DNA of 60,097 nt from Callorhinchus milii (Eukaryota), in contig NW_024705237.1 in NCBI RefSeq assembly GCF_018977255.1, positions 1-60,097 of the forward strand, written 5' to 3'. Position numbers and translations under genes: made by a program. Positions 50,291 through 60,097 of this stretch are shown piece by piece. The notes beneath the pieces are model-generated. The model was not told the origin of the DNA. It searched no databases and worked only from the letters and a program-made list of their open reading frames with translations. Every line of letters starts with the position of its first letter. The stretch's first letter is position 1.

Positions 50291-50887
50291 TCACCGTGGT
50301 CCAGTTAAAACCCACACCGCTGTGCCGTGCCAGCAGCTGCCACGTTGCATCAAGGCCGGCATCGTCCCCGCAGCGACGCTCGTCCACCGCGTCTGTTTAC
50401 AGCCGACAGGCTGCACGAGGCCAGCATTGTCTGCCTGCCAAAATGTCCATTACGTATACAACAATAATACAATTATTTAGCTCTCCTGGTCATGTCTGGA
50501 CTCGAAAGGAGAACGTCCATTTCGCCCAGATGACAGTCCTCGACGGAGGAGGAGGGAAAGAAAAACTACACGCACTCTCGTCGTCTCTAGCAGACTTCCA
50601 CATCGGCATCTACCTTTTGAACATATTGCCATTCGCAAAAATGGAATACACATTCCACACGTGAATACGACGACACGGATGTTCAGTAGGGGCGGTCAGA
50701 ACGTTACAACAACAAACAAAATACAAATATGATAGGAGTGCATAGGATGGGAAAGGTAAACAAATCGCAAAAAATAGAATACAAATAAAACGAAACTAGT
50801 TTTATTTAACCAGGTACGTGCTGGTAAAATATCGATCCCAACCGATGTACGTGCTGCTAGGGATGTTACTGTGAAGTTAGTCTATAT

Positions 50888-51010
50888 TTGTAACCAGGTA
50901 AGGCCCCACTGAACTATTTGCTTATTTTGTCAGAAGCGACCTGGCCACAAATACTCACTCAACGAAGTGGCTTATCACGTGGAAATGTATAGCAGCAGTC
51001 AAATGCTCTA
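50888..51010 (-). mobile_element. Family A SINE, 3' portion only
   Basis: ACCAGGTAAGGCCCCACTGA..CAGAAGCGACCTGGCCACAAAT..GTGGCTTATCACGTGG. Confidence 0.75.
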
Positions 51011-51092
51011 AATAATCTTGTAACACATACGCGTCACAAGGATATAAAGTTATATAGCGTCAGTGACTTGTCAGTGTGCACACAAATTTTTA

Positions 51093-51272
51093 TTTGAAGC
51101 TTTCGTGACTGCAGGGATTCATATTCTTGGTTCTTTCGGTAAAGTCACGTAGAAGGGAAATAATGAAATAAAAGAAATTTTTTTCTTATTTAATTATTTC
51201 CCTTCAAAAAAAGATATACTTATTATTATATTATTTTTATTCTACGTGACTTTACCGAAAGAACCAAGAATA
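51093..51272. mobile_element. Penelope-like family A fold-back insertion
   Basis: Inverted arms TATTCTTGGTTCTTTCGGTAAAGTCACGTAGAA and its reverse complement; flanking direct repeat AGTGTGCACACA (51073-51084, 51272-51283). Confidence 0.8.
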
Positions 51273-52977
51273 GTGTGCACACAGTTTGGAACAGCTGTTC
51301 CAACATGTGTACACTTATGGAGGTAAACCAATTAAACGTTGCGTTATTAACGAGTCGTAGTGTTGTGCTTTGAGTGGTAATTGATATCATATTCTTGGGA
51401 ACATACTCAGTGAAAACATTCATAAACCATGTGGAGACAATCGTAGATTTGTGATTTTGCGCTCCAGGGTTCGAACCCACATTCATGGCGATGTAGCATT
51501 ACTCATTCATCACCATGAATGTGTTATTAAATTTGACCTCTCGAACGTAAATACAACGGAGCTCGCAGAGTCGCACGCTATCATCATCATCATCAACCAT
51601 ACCCGTCCACCATAGAGGCATCCCTGGGACAGTCTGTAGAGCAAATTCCCGGTGGGTCGATCTATTCCGAGGGCCGGCAGGCCGGTCGGTTTGTATGGGA
51701 AATTTTCAAATGTGATCAGAGTAAAAAAAAAAATTAAAATATTTAATACCTCTAATGTATACACTTCATTGCTTATTTACGCTCTCTGGTGGCATAAAGT
51801 CCCCATATTTGGCAGCAACCAAATATTATTTCCTCACCGGCCACCCATTTGTTTTTGGACTCAGCCCAACTTGTCCAATGAGATGGCACAGCAAAATCAC
51901 GCCAGTGCGTCACATCGCAAATCTAGCTGCGAGTACTACTACACAGTTTGCCATCGCACAACACGTAAAAAAAATCCCTTAGCCCCAATTTGGGCCCTGT
52001 GTGGTTACAAATGCTCGGCCGATTGTTTTGTCCCAGTCCTTCACTGATCATCATCGGCCATACCTGTCCACTACAGAGGCATCAGTCCCGCAGGGCTCTT
52101 CACTGGCAATTCATCTCACGAGTCCAGTGCCCTCAATATAACTTCATATATCTTTCAATCGTCCCCTTGACACATCCCATCTCGGTAAAATGCCCATATT
52201 TATTCGATCGGTAAAATGCCCATACACTCGTAAATTGTGCCTCAGTGTACATAATTTAGCGGTGACCGTATGCCTTGACCAAGTCTATAAAGCCTGCTGA
52301 GCAGATAGATGCTACTGTGAAGGTGTCCACTACGTATGTTGTCTGTCAGAAAAGCAGTGATGGTGCAATGCTTGGTCGAAATCCAGATCGATATTCTGTT
52401 AAAATTCCGCACCAATTTAGTGAGTTGATGAACTGTTTCTGAAACAAATTTTTATCATGTTTTAGACACGATATAAAGGAGATTTGAGAAGGGGGCCGGG
52501 AATTGTATGTGCCAATTTTCAATCAGTGGGTATGTATGTTGAACTTCTTTCACCCCGTACGTAGCCAACTGTGCTAATCGGAGCTACTGAGTTGGAAACG
52601 TATTGGCTATGTAAACAAATCGTCTATCTGGGATGCAATAGCATTGGCATCTCTTATTGGGATTATTGTAACGATGCCGTCCGTCTGGTTTGGCGGTTTT
52701 GTAGGCGTTGCGTTTCGTAAGATTCGTTGCTACTTCCCTTGAAAGTTCCGAAATGAAATAGAGGGGGCCAAATAATTTCGGGTTGGGTCTGGGAGGATGA
52801 GTGACAGTAATTGACGAATGATTGCTTGTTTCAAAGTTGATCGCTGCTGTACACAAACGCTTGTTGAGGTATGAAGAAGAACTCTATTGAACATAAATCT
52901 GATATGTATACATAGACTGGGGAAAGGGGGAGTGTTGTGTTGTGGAAGTGTAAAGACTAAACCATGAACTACATTTT

Positions 52978-53279
52978 TATTTTTTATTTTACAAGGTCAT
53001 GCCCACGAAGCTGTGTAGCTCTTTTTCAGAAGCAACCTGACCACAAGTGATCGCTCAACTTAGTGGCTTATCACGTGGAAATATATAGCAGCCAAATACT
53101 CTAACCGCATGTTGATTCTAAACGTGAAGGGGAAAACCAGAGTACCCGGAAAAAAAATCCACGCGACCACGGAGAGAGAGAGAGACGCAAACTCCAAAAA
53201 TACAGGCGGTCAGGAATCGAATCGAACCCACGACCTCCTGCATACCAGGCCAGGTAGTTAACATCTCGCACACCGTGGC
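52978..53279 (-). mobile_element. V-SINE-like SINE (family A)
   Basis: Full-length match to the other copies. Confidence 0.85.
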
Positions 53280-53890
53280 GCAGACCAATTTTTGGGGGAT
53301 TCTGAACCAGGTGTCATTCTGATTTGTGCTCTTTCTTTCTGAAGAGGGCATGCAATTTGATAACACTTGCAAAATTTAAGTCTATTATTTAAACGTCACA
53401 GATTTGTATTGGAAAAGCATTGTGAAAAAAAAAATTGGTGATAGTCCATAGATAATGGTACACAAGCACGAATAACAAAAACAAACTCAACACATTCATC
53501 ATTAACGCTGATTTAAAAATAAAAAGCATAAACTGTGAAAGGCACCGTTTTGGGACAATTTGTCATTTGAAGGCAATTTTATTGACGAAAATGTGTTGAG
53601 TGTTTTCTTTTTTTCTTGAAATAATCAACACGCCACCATCCGACGTTTACATTCGCAGTGCGTGACAATCCGGACCCAAATTCGTGTCGGTATTTTCCGA
53701 TTATAAAACGCGCTCATAATGGAAGTCCTAAAGCGTCATCGACCAGTCAACACATGGAACGCGACGCGTGGCCAGCAGCAACTCGTTCACTCGTGGCTTA
53801 GTATCACATACTGTACACTTGTCCGGCTGGGGAACACGTGTGTACAGTATAAAATACATGTGTATATACTGTACAGTGTATACACATGTG

Positions 53891-54125
53891 TAGGTCGACT
53901 CAGCCACAAATGAGTACCTGGTGCGGTGTGTAAACATCAAAGGCGGCCCGACGTGGTTTTGGCCACCCATCTCCCCCGCCCGCACAACCCGATTAACACG
54001 GCTGGCTATATACGGTGCGAAAGAAATTCAACATTTTGTCGTGTGACGTGTCGGCCTTCATAGGTGCTCGCTAACAGCACTTGCCCCAACAACTCTGGTA
54101 AGCTACACGGGGGATATGTGTCTTT
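53891..54125 (+). mobile_element. 5'-truncated family B SINE interrupted by an L2 3' end (~53976-54037)
   Basis: The SINE consensus resumes after the GATTAACACGGCTGGCTATATACGGTGCG insert. Confidence 0.7.
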
Positions 54126-54284
54126 GTCGTTTGATTACATACACACGTGCGGTTTCAAAATCAAGCAGTGAAATTCGCGTTGTGAGTTTTAAACAAATTT
54201 CTCATTAATGCATCAACCACCAGCCCTAACCCTTGCCAAGTCAGGTTGATGTGTCACGCTGATTCATGGAAAAGCTTCAGATGT

Positions 54285-54583
54285 GCCGCGGTGGCGAGGA
54301 GATGTTACCTACCTCGCCTGGTATACAGGAGGTGGTGGGTTCGATCTCGACGTTGAAGCTCGTATATTTAACATTTGCATGTTCTCCCTGTGGTCGTGTG
54401 GATTTTTCTCCGGGTCCTCCGGTTTTCCCCTCCACATTTAGAAACAGGCGTTTAGAGTATTTGCCTGCAATGCATTTCCACACGATAAGCCACTTCGTCA
54501 AGCTATCATTTGTGATACCAGGTCGCTTCCGAACACGAGCGACGAGGCTCAATGGGGCCTTTCCTGGTAAAAATAAAATAAAA
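54285..54583 (+). mobile_element. V-SINE-like SINE (family A)
   Basis: Head, V core TTTGCATGTTCTCCCTGTGGTCGTGTGGATTTTTCTCCGGGTCCTCCGGTTTTCCC and A-rich tail. Confidence 0.85.
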
Positions 54584-56080
54584 AGTTTAATTAGTTTAAT
54601 GTCAACATAGCAAAGAGGCCTGAAAACGCGCCACGCGCCATTGCAGTCAACGTTACTACAGCGCACGCCGCACTGCGCGTGTGAAGCTCACCCCAACAGC
54701 CGGGAATTATTAGTATTCGTACGAATCATCATTTAATGTGCAACGTGCACAGTTTTCGTTCACTCTCAGACAGCGAGAATGAGTCAGGGGCACGTAAAAA
54801 TACAGACAAGCAGGAATTCATCCAGAAATGGCGCCGCCAGTTATTTGTTCAAGTTCTATGGTCTGGCTAACTCTGTGCGTGAGTGTTTAATATACAGGTG
54901 GCAGGAAACCAGAACACCTGGCGAAAAACCACGGGTGCGATCGGATACCACTCAATATCATGAAATGTCACTGGGAGGCACATTCGCATGAGTAGTGTAG
55001 TTAATAATAATTGTTTATATCTACACACACAGTGCCGATTAAACACGACTTAAAAATGTACTTGGCAGGACCTCGGTTTGTTTAATGCGAGCGAGGCACT
55101 CCCTTGCCTGCTGTGTCACCACTAGTGCATTTTTTGTAGCGCTATCATAGAAATATTGGCGGTACTGACTAGAACACGTGCTAAGACGTCCATTAAATTG
55201 CCTTTCAACTATCCCAAGACCGAGAATTGGAATAGGCGACTCAAAGCCTTTGCCGTTTGCAGCACCAACGTTTTGGAACGAACCTTGTCTCCTCCCTTAA
55301 CAGCGTCAATCTTTCTTCAAAAATATTCCATAGTTGTCAACTTATACGGTTCACCCGTATTATTGTACAGGTAAAATTTAGTTTTCAGGTCCACACGGCA
55401 TACAGCCGTTTCAATACGGGCAAAACACTTTTTTTTCGCCCATTTGTTTGTGTTTATTCCTTGTGATGGGACTTTGCAAGATGAACGTTGAGATTGATAA
55501 GGGCACGGGGTGACCAAGTAGGTCTGAATTTGTCTGTAATAAGGTAGGCACTGGTATGATGAATCAGAATATTAGTTATGATACAGCCACATTTGCCAAA
55601 GTTTGATCCTTAACCGTTTATCGATAGTTGAATGTTAATGTGCAAGTTTATTGATGGACTATGTGGTGTTGTCTTTCTGTGGTCTGGGACTGTTGTTGTT
55701 TTGCTGCCTTTCCCAATCTTGCATTCACATTGAAAAATCGGCAGGAACTTTATATATTTTGCAATTTGTGCTTACCGTATATACTTTATAAATTTAAAAA
55801 AATACATTTTTCGTGACTTGCTTACCTTTCATATACTTTGCAATCCTATCAGTTTTTGTATCGTTTGTCGTTGAAACTTCAGGACCACGTGCCCCCTACT
55901 GACATCTCTGAAGAAAGAGCTTCACAGCTCATCGATTCCTCCTCCTGAAGTCGAAATAAAGATTTGAAGCTTTAGGACTGCAAGGATTCATATTCTTAGG
56001 TTTTTGTCGGTAAAGTCACGTAGGTAAAACATTTTAATTAATAAAAGTAAAATAAAAATAAAATAAAAAATAAAAATCAC

Positions 56081-56115
56081 GACGTTTCAGACGCAACACA
56101 AGCTTCCGTCTTCAG
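56081..56115 (-). ncRNA. Minimal hammerhead core (degenerate)
   Basis: CTGAAGA-CGGAAGCTTGTGTTGCGTCT-GAAAC-GTC on the minus strand. Confidence 0.5.
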
Positions 56116-56138
56116 TTGGCACCGTCACAGCACGCTTG

Positions 56139-56173
56139 CTGAAGACGGAAGCTTGTGTTGCCTCCGAAACGTC
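56139..56173 (+). ncRNA. Minimal hammerhead core
   Basis: CTGAAGA-CGGAAGCTTGTGTTGCCTCC-GAAAC-GTC; stem I not evident. Confidence 0.55.
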
Positions 56174-56735
56174 GTGATTTTTTTTTTACTTTAATTAAAA
56201 AATTTGTTTTACCTACGTGACTTTACCGAAAAAACCTAAGAATATCGAAATAAAGACACAGATCCTGAATGCACGCCCACGCGCTAAAGCCTAACCGCGA
56301 CGCATTGCAGTCGTCTCTGTTGTGAAACGTCATTCATAATTCAAAGCTCTGTCAACCCACTGCTGGATTAACACTCGCCCCCCACGTCGTTTTGGTTTGT
56401 GGAGGTGAGGGTTCGGGCAGGGGTCGACAACCCGCGGCTCCAGAAGCTGCATGCGACTCTTTAAGGACCTGCTTTGTGACGTTGTTCATTAAGAACCGTC
56501 TCGTATTCACCCACAGTGCATTGTGGCTCTTGGTCTATTGCGGGGTTTTTTTTGGTTGGTGTTTCGGCCTTTCATACTATACACCCTCCCCAAAGGCGGC
56601 CAGCGACAGGGTGATCAATCCTACGCTTGCGTCCCATTCCCAATTAGTCATAGGAGTTGCCTTGTTGTTGGTAGCCAACATCCCATGGGACTATGCAATA
56701 ATCCATAAAACTAAGCCATTAAAAAAATATTAGAT

Positions 56736-57028
56736 ATTTTATTTTACCAGGTAAGGCCCATTGAGCGATAAAGTATATATATTTTTCAAAATCGACCTAT
56801 CCACAAATATAACTCAAGGAAGTGGCTTATCATTAAGACATATATAGAAGCCATATACTCTAAACCCATTTTTCGAAATGTGGAAGAAAATACCGAAGGA
56901 CCCGGAGAAAAAATCTACGCGACCACGGGGAGAGAGACACGCAAACTTCAACTATACAGGCGTCGTGGTCGGCATCCTACCCACGACCTCATGTATACTT
57001 GGCGAGGTAGCTAACATCTCGCCACCGT
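56736..57028 (-). mobile_element. V-SINE-like SINE (family A)
   Basis: Full-length, diverged match to the other copies. Confidence 0.8.
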
Positions 57029-57871
57029 GACGCCCCTGCAATAGTCGGCAACGTGACCATAGCGAGGTGAATGTGGGTGTGGTGGTGTGCCGCTTGCCCG
57101 GGCAATCTCCGCAAAAATGAAGCTATGTGCATCTCCACGTAAAGATAACCATACATTCATTTTAGTGGGTACGTTCATCGGCTTCGTGGACATGTTAGAT
57201 TGTGGTGGACTTGGCTGTCTCTAGTGGCTAGAGAAACCAGGTGAACCAATTACATGCGAGATTTAGAATGATGAAATAGAAAGAGGCTTTGGATCGGCTT
57301 GCAGACCTTCGGCATGCGATGCCAACGATGCCTTCTTGGCATCCGATGGTTCGACTTCGTCAGAAATGTCACCGTTGCATCAGCGACTGGGGATTGAAAG
57401 CTCAGTTCGAGAGAGGAGGAGACGGCTGTCGCCCGGTCTCGACGCGCAAACCTCCAGCGGCAAAACTGCGCCCCCCGTCTGGCGGATGACGTTCGAAGCG
57501 AGGACTGCGACCGCCCTCAAAGTAATTGCGCCGCCCGTCCGTGATCCGTGGATCAAACAAATCACTCGAGACGCCGGTTTACGACAGCCAAGAGGGCTTG
57601 ATGCGAACGCTGTCGCAAGAGATCACGCATTTGACGCAACGCTCCGTCGCTGTTGTGCGGTCATGAACGAACGAATGTGAACACGTTCGAAAAGGGTCCC
57701 AGAGAATACGCGATTTTAAAGTCGAAAAGAATGTCTACCCACGCACGATTCGATGCGCGGCACAGCGAGCGTAAGGATGCAAAGTTTACATCCCGATCGG
57801 GACACGACCATCAGTGACGTTTGACTCTCGCGTCGGCCCTGCACGCATCCATGTAGACTGTAGAGGGGTGT

Positions 57872-58112
57872 GAGTAAGGCGCGTGTTGGTATGCTGTGTA
57901 TCAGTGTGTGTGTGTGTAAGGCGCGTGCGTCATGCTGTGTATCAGTGTGTGTAAGGCACGTGTTGTATGCAGTGTATCAGTGTGTGTGTGTTAGTAAGCC
58001 ACGTGTTTCATGCTGTGTATCAGTGTGTTTGTGTGTGAGGCACGTGTTGTATGCTGTGTATCAGTGTGTTTGTGTGTGTAAGGCGCGTGTTTCATGCTGT
58101 GCATTAGTGTGT
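57872..58112. repeat. ~40-bp minisatellite, about 6 units
   Basis: Unit AAGGC(A/G)CGTGTTGTATGCTGTGTATCAGTGTGTGTGTGT. Confidence 0.9.
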
Positions 58113-58123
58113 TTTGGAGCGGC

Positions 58124-58412
58124 GTGGTGGCGAGATGTTAACTACCTCGAATGGTATACAGGAGTTCGTGGGTTCCCGACCCAGAGGTCGCTATAATTGG
58201 AGTTTGCGTGTCTCTCTCCCTGTGGTCGCGTGGATTTTTCTCTGGGACCTCCAGTTTTTTTCCTTCCACATTTAGAATCAACATGCGTTTGGAGTATTTG
58301 GTTTCTATAAATGTCTCAATGATAAGCCACTTTGTTGTGCTATCATTTGTAGCTGGTCGATTCTGAAAAATATCTATACTTCATAGCTCAGGGGCCTTAC
58401 CTGGTAAAATAC
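58124..58412 (+). mobile_element. V-SINE-like SINE (family A)
   Basis: Full-length match to the other copies. Confidence 0.85.
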
Positions 58413-58426
58413 TAATAGTCTTGTGT

Positions 58427-58520
58427 TACTCTTTGGTTCTTTCGGTAAAGTCACGTAGAAAGAAAATAAATTAAATAATATCATACGACGTTTCGATTGC
58501 AACACAAGCAATCATCAAGC
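58427..58520 (-). mobile_element. Penelope-like family A pseudo-LTR fragment with damaged hammerhead
   Basis: Minus strand TTGATGATTGCTTGTGTTGCAATCGAAACGTC..TACGTGACTTTACCGAAAGAACCAAAG. Confidence 0.7.
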
Positions 58521-58574
58521 TCCAAATCAAGTTTAGTCTTGTGTTAGTTTAACATGTAGGCTTTCGCGACCAAT

Positions 58575-59007
58575 ATCATCCATAATACAGTTGTTTTGGG
58601 TTAGATTGTGTAAATATATAAATGTGTCGTTAAACCCGCCACCACTTGACAGCCAACTAGTAAGGGTTGTCACGTAAACAGGAACATGCCAATTCGTTAC
58701 TAGTGCAGCACACCGGTGTGTTGGAGAGCAAATCAACAACATTTACAATCTGAGTACGACGTTTCGTTCCTCTATTTAAGGAATGAAACAGGAGGATTTA
58801 TCCACAAATCTGGCTGTCGCCTGATGACGCTAGTTGTAATTACTGGCGAAACGTCGTACTCACATTGTAAATGTTGTGGCTTTGCTCTCCAACACACCGG
58901 TTAGTGCTGTACTAGTAACGAATTGGCCACGTTCTGTTTACGTGACAAACCTTACTAATTCGCTGTGTCGGGTGGTGGCGGGTTTACCGACACATTTATA
59001 CATTTAC
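58575..59007. mobile_element. Penelope-like family B fold-back insertion
   Basis: Imperfect inverted arms of ~155 bp (~58610-58766 / ~58847-59007); the left arm has a ~30-nt unpaired tail. Confidence 0.75.
58821..58855 (+). ncRNA. Minimal hammerhead ribozyme (family B)
   Basis: CTGATGA-C-GCTAGT-tgtaatt-ACTGGC-GAAAC-GTC: intact core and 6-bp stem II with one G.U pair; stem I weak. Confidence 0.65.
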
Positions 59008-59767
59008 GCGATATAAACAAACAAAAAACCCCTGCATGATGAGTGTTGTGTTAGTAAGGCACGTGTCCCATGCGTATCAGTGCATTTTGACACCACGCCG
59101 TAGCGCTGGTGTTCTCCGCGCACGCACAATCGAAATTTCTCCTGCACGGTATCCGTGCCGCAGGGTGGGCGGTTCAAGAACCACTGCTGCAGAGCCATCG
59201 TCAGTGTGACTTGCATGCTCACGCCGCCGCGGGTACGGGCGGAGCACGGTGCTTGCAGTTGAAGTGATGATGCTGCCACTGCTGTGCGGTTTTGGTGAGC
59301 AGCCAAAGAAGATTTCAAAGAGGGCCCATTGGTGCTATTGCCTGGGGAGAGCGGGCGTCGCGTGAAGCAAGCGCGCTGAAACCCCACCACCTGCCGTCTC
59401 GACTGCCTCACAATCTTTATTTAGACTCTGAGGAATCCGATGAGCCATGAAGCTCTTTGTCATAGATGTCTCTGGCACGGGTCCCAGTCGATGCTGCATT
59501 CTGCCTGCGTCAAGAGCCATCTCAAGGAGACCTCCCTGCAGAGACATCTCGTTGAGGCGTAGATGTATCGGTATTTATTAAAAGAGTAACCTGTGGTGCT
59601 ATATGCCCCTTCATGGGATACTACTGTGACTAATCTACGGCATCTTATCAGTCAGCTGCTCAATGACGGCCTCCCCACCTCATCATACTTCACCACGCTT
59701 ATCGATGCAGGTTGGCCCTTATTTGTCACCGATGTTAACCGTACCCTGGAATCTGACTCAGGTCATA

Positions 59768-59840
59768 CGCACCTCCGATTAGGACGGTTTACAAAGTATG
59801 GAGCGAAAAGATTTCAACATACACACAACACACACACACA
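59768..59840 (+). mobile_element. L2-like 3' end (diverged)
   Basis: CGCACCTCCGATTAGGACGGTT..GCGAAAAGATTTCAACATACACAC. Confidence 0.6.
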
Positions 59841-60097
59841 TCAGGTTCTGGGCTCAGTGCACAAACCACTGCGTGGCCACTCGCAGCGAAGGGAAATTAA
59901 CCAACTACAAAAAACATGCGCCATGGCACAGGGTTGGCGCGTCCGCTCCGAATCCGATCGTCTGATTCCCGGCCACGGCTAACATCAGTGGTGAGTGACA
60001 TCCGAGGCAGCACCGAGCTTCCCCACTTCACCGTAAACCCGGCAGGTCGGCAATCAAAATAACAAGTGGAGCCATTTTTGTTCGAATTCGGTGCAAG

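Larger units (their letters stand above)
55963..56244. mobile_element. Penelope-like family A fold-back with two opposed hammerhead cores
   Basis: Long imperfect palindrome with perfect flanking direct repeat TCGAAATAAAGA (55951-55962, 56245-56256). Confidence 0.85.

Noticed and set aside
59180-59560. Possible exons here and at ~30430-30525 and ~32355-32500
   Set aside because: Only mild GC enrichment; frames and splice sites cannot be linked into a gene without transcript data.

Overview
The window has two very different parts. Bases 1 to ~11,570 look statistically random: no recognisable repeats, microsatellites or transposons, abundant CpG/TpA, and no ORF over 119 aa. This part is most likely artificial or shuffled padding. 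From ~11,580 onward the sequence is repeat-rich vertebrate genomic DNA, probably lamprey (inferred from the V-SINE, Chapaev3-type and Penelope repeats and the GC3-rich exons). Two genes can be reconstructed, both on the + strand. (1) A spliced gene (13741-14034, 14598-14945, 16369-20399) encodes a ~1,550-aa secreted protein. It has a catalytically dead group X/otoconin-like phospholipase A2 domain, a Ser/Thr stalk, His/Arg-rich repeats and ~45-50 acidic 15-aa repeats. It is a candidate biomineral/matrix protein and the main finding. (2) An intronless GC-rich gene (41962-43256, ~432 aa) has a TATA-like box, an AU-rich 3' UTR and possible PP1-docking motifs; it is broken by four single-base deletions. 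The rest is mobile DNA: two Penelope-like families forming fold-back insertions with minimal hammerhead ribozyme cores, V-SINEs and other tRNA-SINEs, L2 3' ends, a deleted RTE LINE, Chapaev3-, Tigger- and Helentron-like elements, a TIR element that captured neighbouring DNA, and a 3.5-kb 34/44-bp satellite. All calls were made by eye, with no database searches; repeat boundaries are approximate.
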